A stretch of DNA of 64,000 nt from an uncultured delta proteobacterium (GTDB lineage: Bacteria > Myxococcota_A > Polyangia > Fen-1088). Positions 8,566 to 19,053 of the stretch are shown here, one piece after another. The stretch spans positions 1,120,001 to 1,184,000 of the forward strand of contig CAVYGB010000008.1 in assembly GCA_963767925.1 (NCBI GenBank), read 5' to 3'. Under the pieces are notes generated by a model that saw only the letters and a list, made by a program, of their open reading frames with translations, searched no databases and was not told the origin of the DNA. A program made the translations under genes and the position numbers. The first letter of the stretch is position 1. Every line of letters starts with the position of its first letter.

Positions 8566-11500
8566 CTACCGGCAGGCCAGGACCTGCTGCAGCCGCTTGC
8601 GGCTCGCGGCCAGGCGATCGTCCTTTTCCCGGTCGTCGAAGGTGTAGGCCAGCCGCATGTCGGGCGTGAGCTTCCAGCGGCTCCCCTTGTCCTGGACGAG
8701 GCGCATGATCTTGGCAGGGGCCAGGCTCGCCTCGGTCCCCAGGCTCAAAACCAGCCGGGTGGGGCCCAGGTCGTAGGCCTGGGCGCCCATCTTCCGCAGC
8801 AGGGTCTTCTGAGCCATGACCTCTCCCAGGAGAAGCGCCTCCTCGGGCAGCGCCCCGTAGCGGTCTTCGATCTCTGCCAGGGTCGCCCGAACGTCGTCCT
8901 CGTCGCCGGCCTGGGCGAGCCGCCGGTAGAAGTCCAGGCGCTGCCCGGTGTCGGGCACGTAGTCGTCGGGCAGGAAGGCGGGAACGTCCACCGAAACCTC
9001 GGGGTCCTGCTCGCGCTGGATCGGTTGACCCTGCAGCTCGGCCACCGCCTCCTCGAGGATGCGCACGTAGGTGTCGAACCCCACCGCCGCCACCAGGCCA
9101 TGCTGGCGTTCACCCAGCAGATCCCCCGCCCCCCGGATCTCGAGGTCGTGGGTCGCGATCTGGAAGCCGGCCCCCAGCTCGGTGAAGCGCTGCAAGGCCG
9201 CCAGGCGCTGCTTGGCCTCGGCGGAGAGGGCCGACTCGGCCGGCACCACCAGGTAACAGAAGGCCCGCTCCCGGGCCCGTCCGATGCGGCCCCGGAGCTG
9301 ATAGAGCTGGGCCAGCCCGAAGCGCTCGGCCTGGTTGACGATCATCGTGTTGGCCCGGGGGATGTCCAGCCCCGACTCGATGATTGTGGTCGAGCACAAC
9401 ACGTCGTAGCGGCCGTCGACGAAGTCGTACATGACCTTCTCGAGCTCCCCCTCCGCCATTTGCCCGTGAGCCATTGCGACGCGGGCGCTGGGCACCAGGG
9501 CCTCGATCTTCTTGCACCACTCGGCCAGGTCCTGCACCCGGCTATGCACGAAGAACACCTGGCCCCCCCGGGCCAGCTCCTTGGTGATCGCCTCGGTCAG
9601 GAGGGCGGGGTCCCAGTGGCAGAGGAAGGTCCGGATGGCGAGCCGGTCGGCCGGCGGGGTGGCGATGATCGAGATCTCGCGCAGGCCGCTCATCGCCATC
9701 TGCATGGTGCGAGGGATGGGGGTGGCGGTCAGGGTCAACACGTCGAGCTGCGAGCGCAGCTCCTTGAGCCGCTCCTTGTGGGTGACCCCGAAGCGCTGCT
9801 CTTCGTCAATGACACAGAGCCCGAGGTTCTTCCAGCGGACGTCCCGGGACAGGACCCGGTGGGTCCCGATGACCACGTCGAGCGAGCCGTCGGCCACCGC
9901 CGCCACCGTCCGCTTCTGATCCTTGGGGCTGCGGAAGCGGGACAGCGAGCCGACCCGCACCGGGAAGTCCCGCAACCGTTCGGAGAAGGTCACGAAGTGC
10001 TGCTCGGCCAGCACGGTGGTGGGGGCCAGCACCGCCACCTGGAACCCGCCGAGCACGGCCAGCAGGGTGGCGCGCAGGGCTACCTCGGTCTTGCCGTAGC
10101 CGACATCGCCGCAGATGAGCCGATCCATCGGCGTGTCGGCCTGCATGTCGGCCAGCACCGCCTCGATGGCCTTCTCCTGATCGGCCGTCTCCTCGAAGGG
10201 GAAGGTCTCCTCGAACTCGCGAAACACCAGGTCGGGCGGGGCGAAGGCGTGGCCGGGCAGGGCGCGCCGCTGGGCATAGAGCTGCAGGAGCTGCTCGGCC
10301 ACCTTGCGGGCCTCCAGCGAGACGCGCCGCCGTTTCTCCTGCCAGGTCTTGCCGCCCAGCTTGTCGAGGCGGGCCACGTCGCCCGGTCCGCCCACGTAGC
10401 GGCGGACCATGCCGATGCGGTACACCGGCACGTACACGCTGCCCCCGTCGTATTCGAGGTGCAGGAAGTCCTGCGCCACCCCTCGCACCTCGAGCTTCCG
10501 GAGCCCACGGTAGCGGCCCACCCCGTGCTCTTCGTGGACCGCCAGGTCCCCCTCCGAGATCTCGCCGAGGTCCCCCAGGCCGGGAGTCCGGGAGGGGCGG
10601 CTCTCACGCTGGGCTCGGGCCCCGAAGATCTCCGCCTCCGCGATGAGGGCCAGCCGATCGGCGGGCAGGCGGAAGCCGTGGGCCAGCGACCCCACCACCA
10701 CGCTGAGCCGGGGTCCGCTGTCCGCCTCCGCGAGCAAGGCGTCGACAGTCGTCGGGCTGGGCTGCCCGGCCGGGGCCAGTGTGGGCTCCAGCCCGAGCGC
10801 GGTGAGCAGGCCGGCCAGCCGATCGGCGTGGGTCCGGTTGCCCGCCACCAGGACGACCTTCATGCCCTCGTCGACGAACCGGTCCAGCCGGGCCCGCAGG
10901 GCCTGACCGAGCTGGGTGCCGGCCCCCGCCGCGGCGTCGTCCGCCTTGCGCCGCTCGGCGAGCTCGGCGCGCAGGCTCGTGTTCGAGTCGGCCGAGACGC
11001 GCACCGCCAGCTCGGCCGGGTCGGCCTCGACCGGGAGATCGAGGGGGCGCAGCTCCACCCGGGCCCGCGGGGTCAGCTCTTCCCGGGCCTGCTCGACGTC
11101 GAGGAAGAACTCGGCGGGGGCCAGCGCCAGGCGGTGTTCGGCTCGCCTCCGTTCGGCCCCCTCGCGCAGCCGGCTGGCGTTGCGCCGCAGCTCTTCCCAG
11201 ATGGCCTCCGGGTCCTCGACGACGAACAGCGCCTCGGGGGGCAGGTACTCGAGGGCGCTGACCATGTCGCGATGGAAGACCGGGGCCAGCGACTCGACCC
11301 CGAAGAAGTCCTCCCCGGCGTCGAGTTGCTCGAGCAGGTGGCGGATCTGGCTCGAGGGGACCGAGGCGGCATCGGCCGCCGCCAGGATGCGCGCTCGGGG
11401 CTCGGCCCCCTCGGTGACGATGGTCTCGCGAACGGGATGCAGGCGGGCTTCGCTCAGCTTGCGCAGGGTACGCTGGGTGCTGGCGTCGAACAGCCGGACC

Positions 11501-12162
11501 GACTCCAGCTCGTCGCCGTCCAGCTCGAGCCGCAGGGGGTGCCGGTACACCGGGGGATAGACGTCGAGCACGGCCCCCCGCACCGCGAACGACCCGGGAT
11601 CCTCGACCACCTGGACCCGGGTGTAGCCGGCCCGGACCAGGCGGCCGATGAGGGCCTCCCGCTCGAGCCGCGTCCCGGCCCGGACCTCGAAGCAGAGCTT
11701 CTCGAACTCGCTCCGCCGGAGCACGCGGCGCCACAGCCCGGCCGCCGACACGACGAGGATGGCGGGTGGCCGTCCCCCGGCGAGCTGGGACAGCACGGCC
11801 ATGCGCCGCATGATGGTCCGGCGCTCGGGCTGGATCTCCGCGTAAGGCGAGCTGTCCAGCGCGGGGAGGAGCTCGACCCGGGCCGGCACCAGGGGGTCCT
11901 CGCTCGTCGCCTTGTGGGGGAGGAAAAATCCCACGTCCGCGACCCGGGCCTCGGCCAGCCGCTCGTCGGCCACCAGGTACACGAGGGTCGTCCGGCGTCC
12001 GCTGCCAGACAGGTGCCCGGCGATGGCCGCCCCCAGCGCGCCATCGGCGCCGACCACGCGCGCCAGGCGCGAGCCGCGCCCCAGCGCGGCCTGCAAGCTG
12101 CGCAGGGTCTCGCGCAGGCCGAGCTGCGGAGGTGGGTGCGATACCGGTGCCGGGGCGGACAT
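8566..12162 (-). CDS. mfd: Transcription-repair coupling factor
   Basis: UvrB-like N-terminus, RID (HEEHGVGRY), GDVGYGKTE, DEEQRFG, QLRGRIGR and TRCF C-terminus. Confidence 0.97.
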   Translation of the reverse strand: MSAPAPVSHPPPQLGLRETLRSLQAALGRGSRLARVVGADGALGAAIAGHLSGSGRRTTLVYLVADERLAEARVADVGFFLPHKATSEDPLVPARVELLPALDSSPYAEIQPERRTIMRRMAVLSQLAGGRPPAILVVSAAGLWRRVLRRSEFEKLCFEVRAGTRLEREALIGRLVRAGYTRVQVVEDPGSFAVRGAVLDVYPPVYRHPLRLELDGDELESVRLFDASTQRTLRKLSEARLHPVRETIVTEGAEPRARILAAADAASVPSSQIRHLLEQLDAGEDFFGVESLAPVFHRDMVSALEYLPPEALFVVEDPEAIWEELRRNASRLREGAERRRAEHRLALAPAEFFLDVEQAREELTPRARVELRPLDLPVEADPAELAVRVSADSNTSLRAELAERRKADDAAAGAGTQLGQALRARLDRFVDEGMKVVLVAGNRTHADRLAGLLTALGLEPTLAPAGQPSPTTVDALLAEADSGPRLSVVVGSLAHGFRLPADRLALIAEAEIFGARAQRESRPSRTPGLGDLGEISEGDLAVHEEHGVGRYRGLRKLEVRGVAQDFLHLEYDGGSVYVPVYRIGMVRRYVGGPGDVARLDKLGGKTWQEKRRRVSLEARKVAEQLLQLYAQRRALPGHAFAPPDLVFREFEETFPFEETADQEKAIEAVLADMQADTPMDRLICGDVGYGKTEVALRATLLAVLGGFQVAVLAPTTVLAEQHFVTFSERLRDFPVRVGSLSRFRSPKDQKRTVAAVADGSLDVVIGTHRVLSRDVRWKNLGLCVIDEEQRFGVTHKERLKELRSQLDVLTLTATPIPRTMQMAMSGLREISIIATPPADRLAIRTFLCHWDPALLTEAITKELARGGQVFFVHSRVQDLAEWCKKIEALVPSARVAMAHGQMAEGELEKVMYDFVDGRYDVLCSTTIIESGLDIPRANTMIVNQAERFGLAQLYQLRGRIGRARERAFCYLVVPAESALSAEAKQRLAALQRFTELGAGFQIATHDLEIRGAGDLLGERQHGLVAAVGFDTYVRILEEAVAELQGQPIQREQDPEVSVDVPAFLPDDYVPDTGQRLDFYRRLAQAGDEDDVRATLAEIEDRYGALPEEALLLGEVMAQKTLLRKMGAQAYDLGPTRLVLSLGTEASLAPAKIMRLVQDKGSRWKLTPDMRLAYTFDDREKDDRLAASRKRLQQVLACR

Positions 12163-12230
12163 TGGGCTGGGCTTTTTACCTCACGTCGGGCGGGCGAGCC
12201 GACGCCGCGTTGCCTTCGCGGTGGGCGTGT

Positions 12231-12258
12231 TGACCCCCCCTGCCGGGCGGGCTATCGT
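12231..12258 (+). promoter_or_regulatory. Sigma70-type promoter of the IPT/TIG lipoprotein gene
   Basis: TTGACC-N16-TATCGT, 25 nt upstream of ATG 12284. Confidence 0.5.
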
Positions 12259-12283
12259 CCAGTCCTCGGAAGGGGCCAGCCAC

Positions 12284-12718
12284 ATGAAAATTTTGCCGTC
12301 ATTGTCGGTGTTTGCGGTGATGCTGTCGCTGGCCGCCTGCCAGAGCAAGGGCCAGCTCACGATCGACGAGGTCGAGCCCAACACGGGGATAACGCCCGGC
12401 GGGGACCAGGTCGTCATCAAGGGCGCTGGCTTCGAGCCGGGCAAGACCCAGGTCGAGGTGCGCTTCGGCCGGGCCAAGGCCGACCAGGTCAGCATCACCT
12501 CGGCCGGCACCATCGTGGTGGTGACCCCGCCCGGGGACAAGGGGCCGGTCGATGTCACGCTGATGTTCGACCACGGCCCCCAGTTCAAGATCCCCCAGGG
12601 CTTCCGCTACGTCCCGACCACGACCGCGGACGACGTGCGCAAGGCGTTCTACTCGAACACCCCGCCCGGCACAAAGGCCGGCCAGACCAACACCGCCACG
12701 ACTCCGCCGCCCAAATAG
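12284..12718 (+). CDS. IPT/TIG domain lipoprotein
   Basis: Lipobox LAAC; IDEVEPNTG..GGDQVVIKGAGF..VRFG..VVTPPG..GPVDV..FRY is the IPT/TIG pattern. Confidence 0.8.
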   Translation: MKILPSLSVFAVMLSLAACQSKGQLTIDEVEPNTGITPGGDQVVIKGAGFEPGKTQVEVRFGRAKADQVSITSAGTIVVVTPPGDKGPVDVTLMFDHGPQFKIPQGFRYVPTTTADDVRKAFYSNTPPGTKAGQTNTATTPPPK

Positions 12719-12758
12719 GGTCAGCGAGGCGGGCGGGGGGCGCGGGCAGCGCCGTCGA

Positions 12759-13934
12759 TCAGCGGAACGACGCCCGGAAGAGCTGCTGCCCCATGAGCAG
12801 CAGGCTCCCCGAGGGGATCACCCGGTTGCCCCGGATGCGGAAGAAGGTGCCGTTGGAGGATCCCAGATCGGAGAGGAAGACCTCGCTGTTGCGCAGCGTG
12901 ATCTGGGCGTGGGTGCCCGAGACGTAACCGTCCTCGGGAAACAGGATGTCTCCGCGCTCCCGCCCCAGCACGACGGCCTCGTCGAACAGGGGGAAGGCCG
13001 GGCCGTCGACGTCGCGGCCCACGATCACCGACACCCGCCCCCAGAAGCCCGGATTCGGGGTCCCGATGATCTCGGTCCCGTCTTCGAGCGGCACCGGCGC
13101 CGAGATGGCATCGAAGCGGAGCAACTCCTGACCGATGCGCAGGATGTCCCCCGACTCGAGCTTCTCCTCGTGCGTGATCTTGATGAAGACCCCGTTGAGG
13201 CTGCGCAGGTCCCGGACGACGAGCCCCTCGGCGGTGAAGGTGAACTCCGCGTGGCGCGGTGACAGGTAAGGGTCGGCATCGAACAGGGACCCCTGTCCGC
13301 GGCCGATCAGGTTCTCCGCCTCGTGCAGCGGATGGACCCCCCCTTCGGTCCCGTCGGGACGGATGAGGGTCAGGTGGCCACGGGGGGCCGGCCGGGCCGA
13401 GGGGACGCCCGAAGCCATGTACATGGTGCGGGCGGCCGAGACGGCGCCGCCGGCGGCAGGTTTCATGCGCTGGCCACAGGACCCGCAGAAGGCGTAGGTG
13501 GAGACCACCATCTTCCCGCAGGAGGGGCAGGCGATCATGTCTCGCGCTCCCACCGTTCCGCTGCCCGCGCCATCGGTCAGGGGCTGGATGGGGGCCGGTG
13601 ACAGCGGGCCGGGGGAGGGGGTGGGTGTGAGGATCGACCCGCTCACCCCGCCCGGGCGCTTGGAGACCCCCGAGGGGGTCGGCTGAAAGACCGCCTGGGC
13701 GCCGGGGATGCCGGCCGGAACCGGGGGCAACACGGGCGCGGGGCCCATCCCGGCGGTCAGCGCGGGGCCGGGCGACGGTGGGGTCTTGGTGCGGACCGGG
13801 CCGGTCGGCTCGCCAGGCGGAGCGGCGCCGACCGCCGGCGGGGGCGCCGCGGGAGCCTCGAGCTTGGCGCCGCACCCCAGGCAGAACTTGTAGTGTTTCT
13901 GGTTCTCTTTTCCGCAGCGGGCACAGGTGATCAC
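12759..13934 (-). CDS. Zinc-ribbon + tandem FHA domain protein
   Basis: Two CxxC..FCxxCG ribbons, a Pro-rich linker, and two FHA domains with GR, SxxH and NG motifs. GTG start with GGGAG RBS. Confidence 0.87.
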   Translation of the reverse strand: MITCARCGKENQKHYKFCLGCGAKLEAPAAPPPAVGAAPPGEPTGPVRTKTPPSPGPALTAGMGPAPVLPPVPAGIPGAQAVFQPTPSGVSKRPGGVSGSILTPTPSPGPLSPAPIQPLTDGAGSGTVGARDMIACPSCGKMVVSTYAFCGSCGQRMKPAAGGAVSAARTMYMASGVPSARPAPRGHLTLIRPDGTEGGVHPLHEAENLIGRGQGSLFDADPYLSPRHAEFTFTAEGLVVRDLRSLNGVFIKITHEEKLESGDILRIGQELLRFDAISAPVPLEDGTEIIGTPNPGFWGRVSVIVGRDVDGPAFPLFDEAVVLGRERGDILFPEDGYVSGTHAQITLRNSEVFLSDLGSSNGTFFRIRGNRVIPSGSLLLMGQQLFRASFR

Positions 13935-13965
13935 GACGTACTCCCAGGCGTTGTGTCAGCGTGTG

Positions 13966-14952
13966 TCATGCGACCTCCACGCGCAAGAGCTGCTGGCCGA
14001 TGAAGACGAAGTCGCCGTTCACCAGGGGCGCCTCCTCCGCGATCCGGATGAAGGTGCCGTTCTTCGATCCGAGGTCCGTCAGGGTGAACAGCCCGTCGGC
14101 CCCGATCCCCACCTGGGCGTGCCGGCCCGAGATGAACGGATCGTCGGGGAAGTTGACGTCGCTGCCCTCGCGCCCGATCGAGATGGTGTCGCCCCGCGCG
14201 CGGTAGATGATCCCGATGCCCCCGCCCCGCAGGCGCTGGGTCAGTCGCATCTTGGAGGCGCGCCGGGGGCTCGCGTAGTAGTAGGTGCCCTCGGCGTCGG
14301 GCTGGGGGCCGAAGTCGGGGGCCGAAGCCTCCACCTGGAGGAGCTGCTCGCCGACCAGGAACAGGCCCCCCGATTCGATGGGGACGGCGTTGCGGATGCG
14401 GACGAAGACTCCGTTTGTCGACCCTTCGTCGCGAACCAAGAGCTTGCCGTCGCGGTAGATGAAGTTGGCGTGCCGGGGCGACAGGAGGGCGTCTTCCGGG
14501 AACAGGATGGCCCCTTCGACCCGTCCGACCAGGTGCTCGTTCCCGTTGAGCTGGTAGCTGATGCCGTCGCCGTTGTCCCCCTTGACCAGGACCAGCTTGG
14601 CCTTGCTCTGCTGCTGTAGGCCCGAGAAGTACATGGTCTTGCTGGGACCGGTGGGAGGCGCGGGGTCCGCCGCGGCCAGCCGGGCGCCACACTTGCCGCA
14701 GAAGCGGTCGTCGACCGGCACCGGGTTGCTGCAGCCTGGGCAGTTCTTCATCGACATCGAGGCCTCCATGCGGGCAGCGCCCTCCCCTGGGTTACCTCCC
14801 CCGCGAGGCTCGATGGGGTGGACCGGCGCTTTGGACCCGGCGCCCGCCACGGCGACTCCATTCCAGCCGAGAGCCGCCCCGCAAGCGGGGCATCGGGCAA
14901 CTCCGAGATCCGTCAGTGCATCGCACTGGGGACAAACGAATCCGACGGGCAT
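13966..14952 (-). CDS. Zinc-ribbon + tandem FHA domain protein (paralog)
   Basis: CPQC..CPACG and CPGC..FCGKCG, then two FHA domains (VGR..SPRH..STNG; IGR..SGRH..SKNG). Confidence 0.87.
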   Translation of the reverse strand: MPVGFVCPQCDALTDLGVARCPACGAALGWNGVAVAGAGSKAPVHPIEPRGGGNPGEGAARMEASMSMKNCPGCSNPVPVDDRFCGKCGARLAAADPAPPTGPSKTMYFSGLQQQSKAKLVLVKGDNGDGISYQLNGNEHLVGRVEGAILFPEDALLSPRHANFIYRDGKLLVRDEGSTNGVFVRIRNAVPIESGGLFLVGEQLLQVEASAPDFGPQPDAEGTYYYASPRRASKMRLTQRLRGGGIGIIYRARGDTISIGREGSDVNFPDDPFISGRHAQVGIGADGLFTLTDLGSKNGTFIRIAEEAPLVNGDFVFIGQQLLRVEVA

Positions 14953-15057
14953 CCGATTCGATCATGCTCTTGGGCTCGGACCTGTCAATAAGAACGGCAA
15001 GGTTATTGCCTGATGGGAGCCCAAGAACGGACGCAACGGACGCCTTCACCTTCACCT

Positions 15058-18000
15058 TCACCCGCCGCCCGGACGGGGGCGCGCTGTCGCTGGACCGACT
15101 GCGGGACCGACATTGTCCGCCGGGCGGCTCCCGGCCGACGCTCGCCGGGCGGCCGCCCGGACCAGCGGGCTCGGGTCTTCGAGCGCGGGCCGCAGCAGCG
15201 GATCGGGTGGCTGACCGGCCAGGCCCAGGGCCTCCACCGTGGCCAGCCGGACCGACCATGCGGGGTGGGCGAGGAGCCGGGGCGCCTGCTGCCACAGCCG
15301 CTGGCTGTCGAGCGCCGTCCACTGTCCCCGGCTCCGGAGGGCGGCCAGCGCCTGCAGGGCCACCTGAGCCGGATCGAGGCCCTCGAGGTCGGCGGCGCCG
15401 CTCGCCTGGGCGGGACCGCGCCCGGCCGCCTCCCGGAGCGCGGAGACGATGTGGGTGCTCGTGATCCGGCCGTCCTGCAGGCGGGTCGCCAGCCGCAACG
15501 CCCTCAGTCGCACAACGGTGTCCGGGTCGGTCAGCAGCCGGCCGAGCGACTCCCGCAGCCGGGCGGCCAGCGCCGCCCGCGGTCCAGCCAGCCCGCCGCT
15601 GGCGGCGCTGCCGTCGAGCGTGACGAGCGCGCGCCGCCGGTCCTCGACCCGTCCCCGCAGGGCAGCCTCGAACAGCTCGGCGATCTCGCCGGCGTGCTCG
15701 ACGAAGAGGCCCTCCACCTCGACCTCGGCGTCGCGGGGCAGGGCACACAGCTCGTCGAGCAGGGGGCCCGGATCCAGGCGGTCCCCCCGGATCGAGGGCG
15801 CGTCGTCGGGGATGGCCGCCTCGGAGGCGTGGGTGGCGAGGGCGAGGGCGGCGACCTCCTGGCTCTGGCCGCCACCGAGCAGGGCGCGCCGCCAGAGCCC
15901 CGCGAGCGCGCTCCGTTCCCGCAACACACCCACCGCACAGGCGGCCGAACGGGCCAGCAGGGGGTCGGAGGCGTCGAGCAACGGGAGCAAGGTCCCGTCG
16001 GGATCCGGCGCCCGCGCCATCGCCAGCCCCACGAGGGCCGCCCGGCGGGCGTCGACCGGGCGGCTCGCATCGAGGGCCATGCTGCGCAGGGCCTGGCTGG
16101 CGCTGCCGGTCCCGAGCCGCCCGAGCCCGAGCGCCGCGAAGGCGGCCACCTCGCCGCGGGGATCCCGGGTCGCCGTCCGCAGGCTCGCTTCCGCCTCGAC
16201 CATCTCGAGTCGGCCGAGCGCCCACACCGCCGCCGCCCGCAGCCGGGCCTCCGGGTGGACGCTCAGCTCCAGCAGCCGGGCGAGGGCCGGGCGCGCCTTC
16301 AAACGGCCGAGCGCGACGAGCGCCGCGACCGCCACCCGCTCGGCCTGGGCGGTGTCGACCAGGTCGCTCGCGTCGGCCCGGGGGTCCCCGGCCACCGGGA
16401 CCGCCTCTGGCTCGGGGTCCCGGTCCACCTCGAGCAGCCGGAGCAGGGCCGGCAAGACGTCCCGATTTCCTGCCATCCCAGCCAGCTCGATGACGGCCGG
16501 ATCCGGCGCTCCGTCGGGGTCGATCAAGACGGCGATGAGCGGGCGGCTCGCCCCACCCGCCAGATCCAGCCAGCGCGCGCGGGCCCCCTCGTCGCGGCCG
16601 GCCCGGCGGTAGAGCGCGGGCAGGACGCGGCGGTACACCTCGACGACGAGGCGGCGCTCGCCCGCGCTGGCCGCGACCGGCTCGGCCGCCAGCCGTTCGA
16701 GCAGGTCGGGCAGCTCTCCCGCGTATTCCGCGATGTCGAGCTCCCGCGCGATCAGATCGGCCCGGGTTTCTGGATCCGAGCTGTTCCGCCCGGCGGCGCG
16801 CAGCACATCGAGGGCCTCCGCCGCCTGCCCCCGCCGCACCAGGAGGTCGGCGGCCGAGAGGGCGGCCTTGGCCGAGGCCGGCTCACCGAGCGCAGCCCGG
16901 AGGCTCTCCAGCGCCAGGTCGGGCTGGCCGGCCCGGTCCTGCAGCTCGGCCGCTCGGAGCAGCACCTCGGGCGCCCGCCTGGCCAGCTCGACCGCCCGGG
17001 AGGCGGCGGCCATGGCCGCCTGGTCCTCGTAGCGCTCCAAACGGATCTCGGCGATCTGCAGCAGCGCCTCGGGGGCCCGGGCCGGGACCTGGTCGGCGAA
17101 GCGCTCCAGCCAGGTCACCGCCCGGTCGGTCTGGCGGGACTGGCGCAGCAGCCGCACGAGCATGAGCACCAGCTCGGCGTCCCCCGGTGCGGACCCGCAG
17201 GCCGCGGTGAGGGTCTGGACCGCCTCGGCCGGCGCCTGCAGCTTGAGCTGCAGCTCCGCCAGGAAAAGCGCCGCCTCGCGGTCCTCGGGGTGCCGACCGA
17301 CCCGGTCCTTGAGCAGGACGGTCTCTGCCCGCAACCGCTCGCGGCCCTCCCGGGCCAGCAGGTTGACGATGCGCGCCCGCGCCTCCCGGCGCTCGTGGCT
17401 GCGCTGCGGGCCCAGGCTCTTTTGCAGGACCGACCGCCACTCCGAGACGGCCGCGGACAGCTCCCGCTTCTTCTCCAGGATGCGGGCGAGCGTCCGGTGG
17501 TGGGCCGGCTCGGCGGGCTCGAGCCGCTGCGCCGCGCGGGCCAGCGGCAGGGCCTCGTCGAGCAGGTCGTGGTCGCCCAGCAGCTCGGCCAGACGGGCGT
17601 GGGCGGCCGCGGGTGGCTTGACCACCCGGAGCAGGCCCTGCCAGGTGCGGCGGGCCAGCTCGCGCCGGCCGGACTGGAAGTGGGCCTCCCCCAGGCCGAC
17701 GATGGCCCGCTCGTCGCGGGGGTCGAGCGCGAACAGGGCGTCCCAGCAGGCCAGCACCCGCTCCCCCTCGTTCCAGCGCGAGGCCAGATCCGCCAGCCGG
17801 ACCAGCGCGGGGGGCGAGCGCCGCAGCCGCCGGAGGGCCTGATCGAACCGCCGCTGGGCGTCCTGGCGCTGCCCGCGGCGGTACTTGCGCTCGATCATCT
17901 CGAGGACCGTGTCGGTGTCGACGCCCAGGCGGGCGACGCTGGCCTCGTAGACGCGGGCCACCTCGTCGTCGCGGCCCAGGCGATCGAGCAAGGCCACCAG

Positions 18001-19053
18001 CTTCCGGGTATGGAGACCGTGGCCCGGCTCCTGCCGGTGAAGCGCCTCCCAGGCCCGCGCGGCGCCCGGATAGTCGCCCAGCTCCTCGCGCAGCTCGGCC
18101 AGCGCCTGCCAGGCGGGCACCTGGTCGATGCGGCTACCACCGGTGGTCCGGGCAGCCAGCCAGGGCTCGAGATCGACCCCCCGGCCGCGCCGGAGGGCCA
18201 GCCGCACCACCTGACGATAGAGCTCGAGCCGCTCGGAGGGGGGCGCCGACCGGCGCTCGATCGCGGCGCGCAGGATCTTCTCCGCCGCCTCGGGGTCGCC
18301 GGCCGCTTCGCGCAAGGCGGCCGCCTGCAGCGCCAGTCTGGTTCGCCGGCTGCCGCCGAGCCCGGAGCGGGCCAGGAGCTGCTCGACCGCGTCCGCGCCC
18401 TCGGCGGCATGTCCACCCCGGCCCAGCGCCCGGGCCAGCGCCAGCACCAGCGCGGGGTCGCCGGGCCGCGCGGCCAGCAGGTGTCGACGGACCTCGATCT
18501 CGATCGCGGCCAGGCCGAGGCGATCGGCCAGCGCGGCTGTCCGCTGCAGGAGGTCCCGGCGGCGCCCGGGCGAGCGCTCCCGCGCCGCCGCCGCCTGGTA
18601 ATCCCGCACAGCAGGAGTCAACTGCCCCAGGTGCTCAAGCGCACGCGCCCGCCCCAGCAAGGGGGCCGCCGCTGCGGGGTCGAGCGAGACGGCCCGGTCG
18701 AACTCTGGCCGGGCCTGCCCGGGACGCCCGGCGGCCAGGAGCAACTGGGCGTGCGCCAGCACGGCCGGGTAGGGGGCGCCTGTCGCGCGCGCCGCCGTGC
18801 CGGTGCGCTCGAGGAGGCGCTCGGTCTCCAGCGCGCCGGCTCCCCGGATCACCGCGGCGGCCAGGCCCGGATCATCCGGGCGTGCCCGCAAGGCTCGGAG
18901 CGCCTGCTCGCGCTGCGCCCGAGGCTGGTCCCGCTTGACCTGCCAGTCGGCGGCGACCGCGGGAGCGGCGAGCGCCAGCGATAGAAACCCGCAGCCGGCG
19001 ACCACCCGCAGCCACCGCGCCAGAGCCGGCCTCGCGGCTGCTAGGGGGCGCAT
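15058..19053 (-). CDS. Large exported TPR + HEAT-repeat protein (~1330 aa)
   Basis: Signal-like ALAAPAVAA, many TPR-like helical repeats, then HEAT-like repeats (RAAAVWALGRL, VRLATVEALG, LEDPSPLVRAAA). Start approximate. Confidence 0.72.
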   Translation of the reverse strand: MRPLAAARPALARWLRVVAGCGFLSLALAAPAVAADWQVKRDQPRAQREQALRALRARPDDPGLAAAVIRGAGALETERLLERTGTAARATGAPYPAVLAHAQLLLAAGRPGQARPEFDRAVSLDPAAAAPLLGRARALEHLGQLTPAVRDYQAAAARERSPGRRRDLLQRTAALADRLGLAAIEIEVRRHLLAARPGDPALVLALARALGRGGHAAEGADAVEQLLARSGLGGSRRTRLALQAAALREAAGDPEAAEKILRAAIERRSAPPSERLELYRQVVRLALRRGRGVDLEPWLAARTTGGSRIDQVPAWQALAELREELGDYPGAARAWEALHRQEPGHGLHTRKLVALLDRLGRDDEVARVYEASVARLGVDTDTVLEMIERKYRRGQRQDAQRRFDQALRRLRRSPPALVRLADLASRWNEGERVLACWDALFALDPRDERAIVGLGEAHFQSGRRELARRTWQGLLRVVKPPAAAHARLAELLGDHDLLDEALPLARAAQRLEPAEPAHHRTLARILEKKRELSAAVSEWRSVLQKSLGPQRSHERREARARIVNLLAREGRERLRAETVLLKDRVGRHPEDREAALFLAELQLKLQAPAEAVQTLTAACGSAPGDAELVLMLVRLLRQSRQTDRAVTWLERFADQVPARAPEALLQIAEIRLERYEDQAAMAAASRAVELARRAPEVLLRAAELQDRAGQPDLALESLRAALGEPASAKAALSAADLLVRRGQAAEALDVLRAAGRNSSDPETRADLIARELDIAEYAGELPDLLERLAAEPVAASAGERRLVVEVYRRVLPALYRRAGRDEGARARWLDLAGGASRPLIAVLIDPDGAPDPAVIELAGMAGNRDVLPALLRLLEVDRDPEPEAVPVAGDPRADASDLVDTAQAERVAVAALVALGRLKARPALARLLELSVHPEARLRAAAVWALGRLEMVEAEASLRTATRDPRGEVAAFAALGLGRLGTGSASQALRSMALDASRPVDARRAALVGLAMARAPDPDGTLLPLLDASDPLLARSAACAVGVLRERSALAGLWRRALLGGGQSQEVAALALATHASEAAIPDDAPSIRGDRLDPGPLLDELCALPRDAEVEVEGLFVEHAGEIAELFEAALRGRVEDRRRALVTLDGSAASGGLAGPRAALAARLRESLGRLLTDPDTVVRLRALRLATRLQDGRITSTHIVSALREAAGRGPAQASGAADLEGLDPAQVALQALAALRSRGQWTALDSQRLWQQAPRLLAHPAWSVRLATVEALGLAGQPPDPLLRPALEDPSPLVRAAARRASAGSRPADNVGPAVGPATARPRPGGG

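Noticed and set aside
15043..15062. Short CCTTCA x3 repeat at the end of the TPR/HEAT gene
   Set aside because: Too short to support any function.
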